Virus record (IMG/VR): IMGVR_UViG_3300037427_000542
Span: 19,601 to 83,600 of that record
Origin: a virus
Reading direction: 5' to 3' (one strand)
Length of the DNA stretch: 64,000 nucleotides
Each line of letters starts with the position of its first letter. Position 1 is the first letter of the stretch. Below the pieces are notes generated by a model. That model was not told the origin of the DNA. It saw nothing but the letters and a program-made list of their open reading frames with translations, and did not search any database. Below, piece after piece: positions 48,102 through 58,250 of this stretch. The translations under genes and the position numbers were made by a program.

Positions 48102-48622
48102 TGAGTAGAGCATTAGATGCAGTCGTAGGAATTAGGTTACTAAAATTATTAAGTACACCTATTCAAAAGTCTAAAGCATTCCAATTAGGAATTATAGATG
48201 CCGACGGCAAAAAACTCAAGAAACCTTCTAATACAAATGAAAGAAATGCTTATACATTACTTAATAGATTTGTATTTAAAGTTCAAAAGTCCTTAACAAG
48301 ATCTTCTGATATGAATTCTCGTAGGCTGTTATCATTTGCAGCTGCTATGGCATTATTAAGAGAGTATGAAGAAAAAGATGATGAATTGGATGTAGGCGTT
48401 TTATTAGAACTTTACATGCAGGACGAAACGGTACAACAGCAGGCTAGACTTTTGGAATCCAATGTGTTATCATTAAAAAACTATATGGAAGAAATGAACG
48501 GAGTAGGTGGAGGAGCAGTAGCCGGTATAGGTGTAGGCCCTCAAGGTGAACCAGGAAGAGATCCTGTGTTTATGCCAATGAACAGAAGAAAAAAGAAGAA
48601 AAAGAATGCCGACAACAAATAA
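48101..48622 (+). CDS. Conserved T4-like hypothetical protein
   Basis: AFQLGIIDADGK, AYTLLNRFVF; Gly-rich basic tail. Confidence 0.78.
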   Translation: MSRALDAVVGIRLLKLLSTPIQKSKAFQLGIIDADGKKLKKPSNTNERNAYTLLNRFVFKVQKSLTRSSDMNSRRLLSFAAAMALLREYEEKDDELDVGVLLELYMQDETVQQQARLLESNVLSLKNYMEEMNGVGGGAVAGIGVGPQGEPGRDPVFMPMNRRKKKKKNADNK

Positions 48623-49082
48623 ATATGATAGAGAAATAGCAACTATTAAAGCAGATGTAGCTGCTATAGGACATTTGTTCGGTAAACTAGACGATGCTAT
48701 AGAAAAGATAGGGACAGCAAGTGCCAATATCAGTTCTATCCTGGCTGTTCACGAGGAACGGTTAGAAACTAACGAGAAGATTAACTTGGAAAGAAGAAGA
48801 GAATCAGAGGCAGCTGTAAAGGAGCTACATAGTAGAATCTCAACTTCTACAAGAGAAAACCTGGAGCAACACAATCGCATGTCAGAAAATTTAAAAAATT
48901 CAGAAGATAAAATTTTAGCAGCTATTAATGAATTGCGTAAAGATGTGAATCGTGAACAGGAACACTTAGAAGAAAGAATATCTAAGTTGGAACAATGGAG
49001 ATGGATACTTATAGGTGTCTTAATAGCCATATCAGCCGTAGTACCAAACATGGGCAAAATCGTGTCCATGCTAGCAAATTAA
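48606..49082 (+). CDS. Coiled-coil protein with C-terminal TM
   Basis: LAVHEERL, ELHSRI, RISKLEQWRW followed by a TM. Confidence 0.72.
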   Translation: MPTTNKYDREIATIKADVAAIGHLFGKLDDAIEKIGTASANISSILAVHEERLETNEKINLERRRESEAAVKELHSRISTSTRENLEQHNRMSENLKNSEDKILAAINELRKDVNREQEHLEERISKLEQWRWILIGVLIAISAVVPNMGKIVSMLAN

Positions 49083-49107
49083 TTTTACCAAACGGTACAA
49101 TAACTAC

Positions 49108-49136
49108 TAGACAAACACTTCACTAGGTCGTATAAT
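49108..49136 (+). promoter_or_regulatory. Sigma70-type promoter of primase, leaderless arrangement
   Basis: TAGACA-N17-TATAAT, ATG 7 nt downstream, no SD. Confidence 0.7.
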
Positions 49137-49143
49137 TACGACT

Positions 49144-50172
49144 ATGTTACACATTGATTTGAAATATATTAATATGATCTCGCATCGGTTTGATAGATTC
49201 AAACGGAAGGATGATTACTTGTTTAATTTCCGTTGCCCTATCTGTGGCGACAGTAGTACCAAAAAGTCTAAAGCTCGAGGATACCTATATAAAAAGAAGA
49301 ACGATATGTTCTATAAGTGCCATAACTGTGGTGCAGGTAAGACTTTTGGTGGATTATTAGAAAGTACTGATCCTATGCTACATAAGGACTATGTGCTAGA
49401 AAGATATAAAGCAGGTGTAACAGCTCCTCGAGCTAATACAGAACCAGATTTCTCAGGTATATTCACACAGCCTGAGTTTGGTAAGGAATCCTTAATAGAC
49501 GAGTTAATGGATAGAGTCGACAAAATATATGAGCAATGTGAACTTTCAGACTCTAATCATATGGCTGTGGACTATTGTAAGAAAAGAAGGATTCCTAGAG
49601 AGAAATGGGATAGGCTATATCATATAGATGACATCTCAAAGATACATCAGTTAGCTCCTAAATATAAAAATAGGATTACAACAAATGAGCCTCGTCTTGC
49701 TATCCCATTCTTCTCTCGTTCTGGTAAGTTAACAGGGCTTACACTAAGAGACTATGGTAACAATCCTTTAAGATACATTATGGTAAAAATAAATGAGGAA
49801 TCTCCTACAATTTTTGGCCTAGATTGTATAAGTAATGTTACACCTGTTAAAATAGTAGAAGGACCGTTGGACAGTTTATTTTTAGATAACTGTATAGCAG
49901 CAGCAGGTTCTTCATTTAACAAAATAAAAGACTTAGGTTTAGACAATCCAATAATTATTGTGGATAATGAGCCTAGAAACGAAGCAATTTGTAAGATCTT
50001 ACACAACAATATTAAAGAAGGCCACAGGGTAGTTATATGGCCTGATTCTATTACAGAGAAGGATATTAATGATATGGTAATAGCAAATCTAGATGTTGAA
50101 GAAATTATAAATTATAATACATTCCAAAATTTAGAGGCAGAATTAAAGTTTAGATCCTGGAGAAAATGTTAA
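49144..50172 (+). CDS. gp61: DNA primase, T4 gp61
   Basis: RCPICGDS...CHNC zinc domain; EGPLDSLF; DNEPRN; KDINDM. Confidence 0.95.
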   Translation: MLHIDLKYINMISHRFDRFKRKDDYLFNFRCPICGDSSTKKSKARGYLYKKKNDMFYKCHNCGAGKTFGGLLESTDPMLHKDYVLERYKAGVTAPRANTEPDFSGIFTQPEFGKESLIDELMDRVDKIYEQCELSDSNHMAVDYCKKRRIPREKWDRLYHIDDISKIHQLAPKYKNRITTNEPRLAIPFFSRSGKLTGLTLRDYGNNPLRYIMVKINEESPTIFGLDCISNVTPVKIVEGPLDSLFLDNCIAAAGSSFNKIKDLGLDNPIIIVDNEPRNEAICKILHNNIKEGHRVVIWPDSITEKDINDMVIANLDVEEIINYNTFQNLEAELKFRSWRKC

Positions 50173-50324
50173 TGAGTTTAAATAACCCTACAAACGAAAG
50201 AGAAATGAACCAAAGAAATATACGAGACTTACAACATCAACTCCACGAAGCGTACAAAAGAATCACCGCCTTAAATAATGAAATTAACAATTTACAAATA
50301 CAGTTAGATAAAAAGGACAAGTAA
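50172..50324 (+). CDS. Small coiled-coil protein (50 aa)
   Basis: Manual translation; TAATG coupling at both ends. Confidence 0.6.
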   Translation: MSLNNPTNEREMNQRNIRDLQHQLHEAYKRITALNNEINNLQIQLDKKDK

Positions 50325-52120
50325 TGGCAAAGGCGGAGTATCACGGCATCACGGTTGATTTGGATAGAGATAAATTATTTGACTCCCTAGGCGTCCAAAG
50401 ATTAAAAGAAAGTTACATGAAAGAAGAGGAGGGAAGTCCTCAAGAACGATTTGCTTTTGTTAGTTCCAAATTTAGTTCTAATCCAGAACACGCACAAAGA
50501 TTATATGAGTACAGCAGTAAACATTGGCTGTCTTATTCTACACCCATTTTATCTTTTGGACGGTCCAAAAGAGGCATGCCTATATCATGTTTTTTGAATT
50601 ATATAGATGATACAGCGGAGGGTTTAGTTGAAAACTTATCAGAAACAAACTGGCTTAGCATGCTTGGCGGTGGTGTCGGCATTGGGTTTGGTATTAGGTC
50701 AAGCGACGATAAGTCTACTGGGGTTATGCCTCATCTTAAGACTTACGATGCCTCGTGCCTCGCGTACCGTCAAGGGCGTACTAGACGGGGTAGCTATGCT
50801 ACTTACCTTGATATTAGTCATCCAGATGTACTAATGTTCCTCGAAATGAGGAAGCCAACAGGCGATCCTAATATGAGATGTCTTAATCTACACCACGGTA
50901 TAAACATTACAGATAATTTTATGCAAGTGATTGAAAGATGTATGACAGATCCAGAGGCAGACGACGGCTGGAACTTAGTAGATCCTAATTCAGGATTGAT
51001 TAAGGATACAGTATCAGCCAAAGAACTATGGCAGAAGATATTAGAACTTAGAATGGAAACAGGGGAACCTTACATTCATTATATCGATACAAGTAATCGT
51101 GAAATGAAAGACTTCCAAAAAGAACTAGGACTACGAATAAACCAGAGTAATCTATGCTCTGAGATTATATTGCCCACTAACGAACAACGAACAGCGGTGT
51201 GCTGTCTATCATCAGTTAATCTAGAATACTATGATGCCTGGAGTAGACAACCACTATTTTTAAAAGATGTAGCAGAAATGCTAGATAATGTATTAACATT
51301 CTTTATTGATAATGCCCCTGATGAAGTAGGTAGAGCTAAATACTCAGCAAAACAAGAACGGAGTATTGGAGTAGGCGCTCTAGGCTTTCATGCCTATCTT
51401 CAGAAGAACGGTTTAGCTTGGGAAAGTAATGAAGCCAAAGGTGCTAACCTTAGAATGTTTAGACATATAAGGAGTAAATTAGATGAGGCAAATACATCTA
51501 TTGGAAAGGAAAGAGGAGAGGCTCCAGACGCTAAAGGGACAGGGAACCGTTTTAGTCATCTTATGGCTATCGCTCCTAATGCTTCCAGTTCTATTATTAT
51601 GGGTAACACTTCGCCTTCTATTGAACCTTGGAGGGCTAATGCTTATAGGCAAGATACACTTAGTGGAGCTTATCTCAATAAGAATAAATACTTGGATGCT
51701 CTCATTAAAGAGTATTGTGAGAAACATCCAAGAACAAATTACGACGAGGTTTGGTCCTCGATCATAAGTAATGATGGTTCAGTACAACATATAACACAAT
51801 TATCAGACGAACAAAAAGCTATCTTTAAAACATCTATGGAAATAGATCAACGATGGTTAATTGAACACGCAGCAGATAGACAGATGTATGTAGATCAGGC
51901 ACAAAGTTTAAATCTATTCTTCAGGCCAGATACACATATATCTTATTTGCACGCAGTACACTTCCTAGCATGGAAGTCAGGAGTCAAGACATTATATTAT
52001 TGTCGTTCAGAGAAGTTAGGTAAAGCGGATAAAGTTTCTAAACGAATTGAAAGAGAAATTATACAAGAGCTTGACATGACAGCTATTGCAGATGGGGAGT
52101 GTTTGGCTTGCGAGGGATAG
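50324..52120 (+). CDS. nrdA: Ribonucleotide reductase class I alpha subunit (no ATP cone)
   Basis: PISCF, SNLCSEI, AIAPNASSS, KTLYY, C-terminal CLAC. Confidence 0.95.
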   Translation: MAKAEYHGITVDLDRDKLFDSLGVQRLKESYMKEEEGSPQERFAFVSSKFSSNPEHAQRLYEYSSKHWLSYSTPILSFGRSKRGMPISCFLNYIDDTAEGLVENLSETNWLSMLGGGVGIGFGIRSSDDKSTGVMPHLKTYDASCLAYRQGRTRRGSYATYLDISHPDVLMFLEMRKPTGDPNMRCLNLHHGINITDNFMQVIERCMTDPEADDGWNLVDPNSGLIKDTVSAKELWQKILELRMETGEPYIHYIDTSNREMKDFQKELGLRINQSNLCSEIILPTNEQRTAVCCLSSVNLEYYDAWSRQPLFLKDVAEMLDNVLTFFIDNAPDEVGRAKYSAKQERSIGVGALGFHAYLQKNGLAWESNEAKGANLRMFRHIRSKLDEANTSIGKERGEAPDAKGTGNRFSHLMAIAPNASSSIIMGNTSPSIEPWRANAYRQDTLSGAYLNKNKYLDALIKEYCEKHPRTNYDEVWSSIISNDGSVQHITQLSDEQKAIFKTSMEIDQRWLIEHAADRQMYVDQAQSLNLFFRPDTHISYLHAVHFLAWKSGVKTLYYCRSEKLGKADKVSKRIEREIIQELDMTAIADGECLACEG

Positions 52121-52770
52121 TAGAAACATTACCTAAAGGAGTAATAGGTGTCGTAGTATCAGGAGGCTTTGACAGCACAATACTATGGCATTATCTTTAT
52201 GGTTTGTGTAGGGAAAGGAAACAAAAGATTATTCCTTTTACTGTACCTAAAAATGATGGTGCACTAACATACGCTACAAGAATGTTAGAATGGAGTGCTA
52301 AACGATATAATGATAAAGTCTTACATCCTATTGTAATAAATTCTAAAGGTGTTGATTGGAGTAAGAAAGACTATCAAGGAGAGGAAGTAGCACAACAGTT
52401 ACTTGGTGGTATAAAAGATATAATGAATATGGGACTTGCTGGCTATGTATATACAGGAGTTAACGAGTATCCACCACATTATGAGACATTATGTTCGTAT
52501 CATACACCCGGCCCTAGGAAATTATCTAGGGAGAGTGATGCGCTTTATAGAGGCAGACCTGTAAGTGATTTTGTAAGACAACCTTTTGCGGATTTAACTA
52601 AGATAGATATAGTTAACTTTGCAAATGAACTAGGCATATTAGAAGAGGTAGCAGAACTATCTCATAGTTGCGTTGAGCTTATAAGAGGCAGGTGTGGAGA
52701 ATGTTTTTGGTGTAAAGAACGGGAATGGGGTTTTGCTGAGGCAGGACTATTAGACAACGGAACAAACTAA
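52099..52770 (+). CDS. QueC-like PP-loop ATPase
   Basis: SGGFDS PP-loop; SC......RCGECFWCKER zinc site. Confidence 0.75.
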   Translation: MFGLRGIVETLPKGVIGVVVSGGFDSTILWHYLYGLCRERKQKIIPFTVPKNDGALTYATRMLEWSAKRYNDKVLHPIVINSKGVDWSKKDYQGEEVAQQLLGGIKDIMNMGLAGYVYTGVNEYPPHYETLCSYHTPGPRKLSRESDALYRGRPVSDFVRQPFADLTKIDIVNFANELGILEEVAELSHSCVELIRGRCGECFWCKEREWGFAEAGLLDNGTN

Positions 52771-52780
52771 GAGGAATACG

Positions 52781-53773
52781 ATGGTGGCAAAACCTAAACT
52801 AACAGACGAAAGAGATTATTTCAAACCATTTAATTATCCATGGGCTTACGAGGCATGGCTAAAACATGAACAATCACATTGGTTACATACAGAAGTACCA
52901 ATGGCAGAGGATGCAAAGGATTGGAAGGACAAGTGTACTGATCCTGAGAAAGCATTCCTTACAAACATATTTAGATTCTTTGTACAAGGAGATATAGATG
53001 TAGCTGGTGGTTACATTAATAACTATCTACCTTATTTCCCACAACCAGAAGTTCGTATGATGTTATCAGGGTTTGCAGCTAGAGAGGCATTACATGTTGC
53101 TGCCTATGCACATTTAATTGAAACATTAGGTATGCCTGAAAGTACATACAGCGAATTTTTAGAGTATCAAACGATGGCAGACAAACATGATTACTTCATG
53201 GAATTGTCAGCAGCTAATGGCACAAAAGAATCTGTAGCTACAAACATAGCTGCCTTCTCAGCATTTACAGAAGGTATGCAGTTATTCTCATCTTTTATTA
53301 TGTTATTAAACTTCCCACGACATGGTAAGATGAAAGGTATGGGACAAATTATTACATGGTCTATTGTAGATGAAACAATGCACGCAGAGTCTATGATTAA
53401 ACTATTTAAGACCTATATTAATGAGAACAAAGAACTATGGAATGATAAACTTAAAAAAGAGATATATGATATCGCAGAGAAAATGGTAGAACTAGAAGAG
53501 AAGTTTATTGATCTAGCATTCTCCATGGGCGATATGGAAAACCTAACACCTAAAGATGTTAAACAATACATTAGATATATTGCTGATAGAAGGCTTATAA
53601 GTATGGGTATGCGAGGTATCTTTAAGGTGAAAAGAAATCCATTATTGTGGGTAGAAGAGATGATTAATGCTCCTACTCATACAAACTTTTTTGAAAATAG
53701 ATCAACAGATTATGCTCGAGGAGCTTTAAAAGGTGACTGGGGTGATGTCTGGGGAGTGGCTAATAGTGCCTAA
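52781..53773 (+). CDS. nrdB: Ribonucleotide reductase beta subunit
   Basis: EALH, EGMQLFSSF, DETMH, NFFE. Confidence 0.95.
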   Translation: MVAKPKLTDERDYFKPFNYPWAYEAWLKHEQSHWLHTEVPMAEDAKDWKDKCTDPEKAFLTNIFRFFVQGDIDVAGGYINNYLPYFPQPEVRMMLSGFAAREALHVAAYAHLIETLGMPESTYSEFLEYQTMADKHDYFMELSAANGTKESVATNIAAFSAFTEGMQLFSSFIMLLNFPRHGKMKGMGQIITWSIVDETMHAESMIKLFKTYINENKELWNDKLKKEIYDIAEKMVELEEKFIDLAFSMGDMENLTPKDVKQYIRYIADRRLISMGMRGIFKVKRNPLLWVEEMINAPTHTNFFENRSTDYARGALKGDWGDVWGVANSA

Positions 53774-53945
53774 ATATATAGAATGCGTTCATTGTGAAGG
53801 GACTGCTCATATTGAACATGAGCAAGAACACACTTTCTATCAAATAAAATTCTGTCCCTTCTGTGGTGAAGAACTAGAACTAGAAGAGGAGTTACACATT
53901 GAAGAATTTGAAGACTCAGACGAGTATAAAGCAAACAATCAATGA
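53766..53945 (+). CDS. Small zinc-ribbon protein
   Basis: CVHC...CPFCG with acidic tail; GGAG SD + GTG. Confidence 0.7.
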   Translation: MPKYIECVHCEGTAHIEHEQEHTFYQIKFCPFCGEELELEEELHIEEFEDSDEYKANNQ

Positions 53946-54255
53946 TATAGGTGGTGAGATTGTAAAAGATAGTGATGTATATACTGTCAAAGATAATACA
54001 CACTTAAAGAACCTGGTACTTAGTAGTACATTTTTAAGAGCTACCAAGTCTACATCAGGACACAAACATGAAGGCCAAGAGGAAATATATCTCTTTATAA
54101 AAGGCAAAGGTGAAATGACTATAGATGATGATACATTTCCAGTCGAGGCAGGTGATGCTATTCTTATAGAAGATGGTGTGTTTCATAAGGTACATAATAC
54201 AGGACACTTAGGTTTATATTTTGTATGTGTATTTGATGGAGGGCGAAACCATTAA
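53899..54255 (+). CDS. Cupin-domain protein
   Basis: GHKHEGQEEIY...G.G and FHKVHN. Confidence 0.85.
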   Translation: MKNLKTQTSIKQTINDIGGEIVKDSDVYTVKDNTHLKNLVLSSTFLRATKSTSGHKHEGQEEIYLFIKGKGEMTIDDDTFPVEAGDAILIEDGVFHKVHNTGHLGLYFVCVFDGGRNH

Positions 54256-54385
54256 TATAATACAAAAAATAGCATTAATATTCTCAGCGATAGCAGCCTT
54301 TCTTTTGTTAATAACCAACCTACCTCACCCAGATCCCTGTGCTAAAGATAGGTATAGCAGGTTCTGTATAATGAATAGCCACTAA
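54236..54385 (+). CDS. Possible small membrane protein (49 aa)
   Basis: Manual translation; one TM; fills the gap; no clear SD. Confidence 0.35.
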   Translation: MEGETINIIQKIALIFSAIAAFLLLITNLPHPDPCAKDRYSRFCIMNSH

Positions 54386-54393
54386 TATAAATA
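54386..54393 (+). promoter_or_regulatory. T4-type late promoter, leaderless arrangement
   Basis: TATAAATA-catag-ATG. Confidence 0.8.
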
Positions 54394-54398
54394 CATAG

Positions 54399-54731
54399 AT
54401 GGCTAAAAGAAAAGTAAAAGAGAAGAAAAAACATAGAGTATATTGTACCTACTTCCCAGATGGAAGGTATTATATAGGTTACTCATGTAAGACAGATAAA
54501 CAATTTGAGAAGTATTTTGGAAGTTCTACGATTGTTAAAGAGTATGAAGAAGAATTAAAGAAGGAAATTATAAAGGAATTTCCTACTAGAGCCCCAGCAA
54601 AGATGCAGGAGTTTCTATTACAATGGCAACAACGACACGACGATAGGTGTGTTAATGATATGTTGCATGTTAGAATAAGGAGTAGTTTCCTAAAAGATTT
54701 CGAACCTATCGAATGGAGGCCAAATGGTTAA
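54399..54731 (+). CDS. GIY-YIG-like nuclease domain protein
   Basis: RVYCTYFPDGRYYIG, YFGSS, conserved E and N. Confidence 0.65.
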   Translation: MAKRKVKEKKKHRVYCTYFPDGRYYIGYSCKTDKQFEKYFGSSTIVKEYEEELKKEIIKEFPTRAPAKMQEFLLQWQQRHDDRCVNDMLHVRIRSSFLKDFEPIEWRPNG

Positions 54732-56205
54732 GCAAAGTAATTTATCATTTATTATAATGACTCTATTCTCTGCACTGGCAGTATCAGCAGTAGCTGCATA
54801 CTTTTCTATTGTAGGACTAATGGCAATATTTTCTGCCCTACCTATGTCTATACTTGCAATGGGAATTGTATTAGAAATAGCAAAACTTGTAACAGCATCA
54901 TGGGTATATCAGTATTGGGAACGAATCCAGTTCATGATGAAAGCATATATGATATTGGCAGTAATAGTTCTATCCTTAATCACATCAATAGGTATATTTG
55001 GATTTCTAAGTAAAGCACATATGGACCAAGCAGCAAGTGCTGGTGATGCAGGAGCACAAGTAACTAGACTAGAAGATCTAGTATTAAGAGAACAAGGAAA
55101 GATAACAGCATTAGAAGATAGAATTACTAGAATCGACGATGGTGGTGTATTAGATATAACACAATCTATACGACAGCAGGAAGAGATACGAGATACGGCG
55201 TGGGATAGAATACAGGGAGACATAGAGTACTCCGAAGAACAAATAGATAAGATTAGAGCCTCATTAGACACAGATTTGGCACTACAGCAGTCAAAAATAG
55301 ATGGTTTGGATGCTATAGTAGCATCTTATACGAGCCAAGGTACTACGGGTGGAGCGTTTAATCGTAGAGATAATGTAGCAGCAGGATTAGAAGTTAGGGA
55401 AGAACAAAAGACTGAGAGAGATGCTATTGATGTTAAGATGACAGAGCTTAGAAATTATGCAGAGACACAAATAGCAGGCTATCGTAATCAAATATCACAA
55501 TATCGAGCAGACACCCAAACAACTATAGACAATGCCAATGCTGAGATAAACAGATTAAGAGATACTGAGACAACAGCACAAACAGGAAGAGATGTACAAA
55601 TAGATGAACTGCAAGGACAAATAGACGCAGTTTATATTACAATAGAAGATTATAATGAGACTTTATTTGAGAAACGAGCTATTGTAAGAGAGTTAGACAA
55701 TGAAGTAGGACCAGTTAAATATATAGCTCAACTACTTTATGGCGAGAATGGTACAGCAGCGGTTGATTCTGCCGTACAATTTGTTATAATGCTACTTATA
55801 TTTGTATTTGATCCTTTAGCGATTATATTAGTTATAGCAGCTAATTTAAGTTTTAAGGAAAGAAATGGTGGTAGGATTACAGCAATGTCAGCACCGGAAG
55901 TAGATTTTGTTGAAGAACTAACACCAGTAGATAAACCAGAGGAAGGCTCATGGGCTGCTACAACAACAGCACTACCGCCAGACTTTAGTTTAGAAGACAG
56001 AGTAGGTATAACTGAAGATTTACATATTGATATGGAATTGCCACCTGATGGTACAATGACAGAAGATATGTTAGAGACACAGGAAACACCTAAAGAGTTA
56101 GAGTCGTGGGTAACAGACAAATATGGAAAAGAGTCTGCCATGGACGCTAAAAAAGAAATAGATTTACAATGGTTAATTGATAAAAAGAGGAAGAAAGATG
56201 CCTAA
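54724..56205 (+). CDS. Membrane protein with long coiled coil
   Basis: 3 N-terminal TMs (AAYFSIVGL, LEIAKLV, GIFGFLSKAH), coiled coil, EVGPVKYIA, C-terminal TM FVFDPLA. Confidence 0.8.
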   Translation: MVKQSNLSFIIMTLFSALAVSAVAAYFSIVGLMAIFSALPMSILAMGIVLEIAKLVTASWVYQYWERIQFMMKAYMILAVIVLSLITSIGIFGFLSKAHMDQAASAGDAGAQVTRLEDLVLREQGKITALEDRITRIDDGGVLDITQSIRQQEEIRDTAWDRIQGDIEYSEEQIDKIRASLDTDLALQQSKIDGLDAIVASYTSQGTTGGAFNRRDNVAAGLEVREEQKTERDAIDVKMTELRNYAETQIAGYRNQISQYRADTQTTIDNANAEINRLRDTETTAQTGRDVQIDELQGQIDAVYITIEDYNETLFEKRAIVRELDNEVGPVKYIAQLLYGENGTAAVDSAVQFVIMLLIFVFDPLAIILVIAANLSFKERNGGRITAMSAPEVDFVEELTPVDKPEEGSWAATTTALPPDFSLEDRVGITEDLHIDMELPPDGTMTEDMLETQETPKELESWVTDKYGKESAMDAKKEIDLQWLIDKKRKKDA

Positions 56206-56527
56206 TGTTACAGAGTTTCACCCAGAGAGAAACAACGATGAATGGAGAACTAATGTAGAAAGTCTACTTAAAACAGGTAATGGTAAGTTCCATTTCCAGA
56301 AAGTAGATGGCAGTTTACGAGATATGTACTGCACATTAAACCCTAATGTCTTACCAGAATCAGGTAATACTGAACCACCAAGCCAAGCAAAGCCTGGTAT
56401 ATTAACAGTATTTGATATTGAGAAAGATGGTTGGCGTTCAATGAGATATGAGAATGTCATTGGTTTTAAGTTTTTGGGTGATCAAACAACTGATCCAGAA
56501 CACGAATCCACATTTATTCAGCAATAA
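56198..56527 (+). CDS. SH3/WYL-like conserved T4-like protein
   Basis: FQKVDGSLRDMYCTL, VFDIEKDGWRS. Confidence 0.75.
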   Translation: MPNVTEFHPERNNDEWRTNVESLLKTGNGKFHFQKVDGSLRDMYCTLNPNVLPESGNTEPPSQAKPGILTVFDIEKDGWRSMRYENVIGFKFLGDQTTDPEHESTFIQQ

Positions 56528-56542
56528 TGGTCCTATAGAGTA

Positions 56543-56571
56543 TTGACCTTTACTTACATAGCTCTTATAAT
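56543..56571 (+). promoter_or_regulatory. Sigma70-type promoter
   Basis: TTGACC-N17-TATAAT, preceded by TGGTCCTATAGAG box. Confidence 0.8.
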
Positions 56572-56601
56572 TAGTACTATGAATAATAAAGGAGTCCTTA
56601 C

Positions 56602-57723
56602 ATGGCAAAATCTAAGAAACGCAGTCAATACCTTTTGGCTGAACCGAACTGGGCTGAACTCAGCCTAATTGAAAATGAAGAAGAAAGAGCTAAAGCCTTT
56701 CAGCAAACACAATACTGGATACACCAGGAAATAGCAAACAAAGAGACTTACAAAGAGTTTCGAACCTGGGTTAAGAAACATTCTGGTTGGGATAAGAAAG
56801 CACAGACATCTGTACTTGGTTGTCCTGATTGGAGATACTTAACAATAGGACAGTACGCTTACTTTCAGAACAAGACAGGCTGGATGCCAGCTCAATCTAG
56901 AATTTGGATTGATGCTAAACAACCTGAGCTTATTGAACAAGGCGATAAAGAGATTTCTGAGAAAGCTCTTAAGAAGAAGGTTGTTGCAATTAAACCTAAG
57001 ATAATTAGAACACAATTACCTGACTTCCTGGCAGCATTTGATGAGATGCTAGACAATCTAGTCGAAGGTAAGAAGGCAGGTACTGTTGAAGGCTTACTTA
57101 GGCAAATAACTATGCTGCCTGCTGAGACAGCAGAAGCTAGATCTGAGATATCTAAAATTAAAGACGAGTATGATGAACTTGTAAGAGTTCGTAAGATTAG
57201 AGGTGGTAGAAGTGATTGGGACGAACAACTGATTGAAGGTTATAGTCATATCAATACACCACAGTTAAGAAAGATTATGGCATACTTTGATGAAGGCTTA
57301 CAGTCTCTTGATACATTTACAGCATCTAAACGAACTGTAAGACGTAAGAAGCCTGTTGATCCTCGTAAGATAGTAGCACGATTGAGGCATTTAAAAGCAG
57401 ATAAGGACTTTAATATAGCATCTATTAACCCTGTAGATATCCTAGGTAGTACCGAGGTGTGGGTATATGATGTTAAACGCAAGAGATTAGGGCTATACAT
57501 GTCTGAGAACCCTGGAGGACTAGGTGTACACGGCACAAGTATAACAGGTTATGATGATAAACTGTCTTATGAGAAGACTCTACGGAAGCCTGATGAGCAG
57601 TTACCACTTATAACTAAAAAGTCTAAGAAGGCACTACATGAACAAGTAGGTAAGATACGAGGTAAACAAATGAAAGTTAAGACTCGTATTAATCCTAATA
57701 TGCTACTATTGAAGGTGCAGTAA
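56602..57723 (+). CDS. Conserved T4-like hypothetical protein
   Basis: QLIEGYS, SINPVDILG, KTLRKP, RIN..MLLLKV; AAGGAG SD. Confidence 0.8.
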   Translation: MAKSKKRSQYLLAEPNWAELSLIENEEERAKAFQQTQYWIHQEIANKETYKEFRTWVKKHSGWDKKAQTSVLGCPDWRYLTIGQYAYFQNKTGWMPAQSRIWIDAKQPELIEQGDKEISEKALKKKVVAIKPKIIRTQLPDFLAAFDEMLDNLVEGKKAGTVEGLLRQITMLPAETAEARSEISKIKDEYDELVRVRKIRGGRSDWDEQLIEGYSHINTPQLRKIMAYFDEGLQSLDTFTASKRTVRRKKPVDPRKIVARLRHLKADKDFNIASINPVDILGSTEVWVYDVKRKRLGLYMSENPGGLGVHGTSITGYDDKLSYEKTLRKPDEQLPLITKKSKKALHEQVGKIRGKQMKVKTRINPNMLLLKVQ

Positions 57724-58250
57724 TGGATGATTCAATTCCAATAGAAAATTTATTGTGTCTAACAAGAAATGGTTTACCTGATGATGAAGAACTTAGAAAA
57801 GCAATATCAGGCAGAGAAAATAATAAACTTAAAGGTACTTATGTGGAACTGGAACTTAGAGAAGGATTACTAGGAGCAGGACATACATTACTAGGCACTC
57901 ATGTTAAAAGAACTGATGGACTATCTAAAGTAGATACAGTATGGCAAAAGAAAGGTTGCAATAGGAAAGAACCTGTCTTTATAGAATCCAAATCAGGCGA
58001 TGGATTATCTACTTTTATAAAAGCTGGAGGTAGTAGTGTTCATTGGGATTATAAGTTACATGAGTTTCATTTTATGTCTATATTTTTCAATAGCATGGAT
58101 GATAAACCTATTGTCTGTATTGTTCCTTGGCAATGGTTACATGGGTTACTAAGTAATAAAAAAGCTGAAGGTTTAGGTAGCTCTGTATCATATAAAGATG
58201 TAAAACAATGGGAAAATAATTGGGATCTTTATAGTGGAGAATTAATATGA
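57723..58250 (+). CDS. Hypothetical protein, possible PD-(D/E)xK nuclease
   Basis: KGTYVE helix, VD, IESK spacing. Confidence 0.45.
   Translation: MDDSIPIENLLCLTRNGLPDDEELRKAISGRENNKLKGTYVELELREGLLGAGHTLLGTHVKRTDGLSKVDTVWQKKGCNRKEPVFIESKSGDGLSTFIKAGGSSVHWDYKLHEFHFMSIFFNSMDDKPIVCIVPWQWLHGLLSNKKAEGLGSSVSYKDVKQWENNWDLYSGELI

Noticed and set aside
24664-53773. Introns or inteins in gp43, gp41, nrdA, nrdB
   Set aside because: The ORFs are continuous and of normal or short length, with no intein motifs seen.
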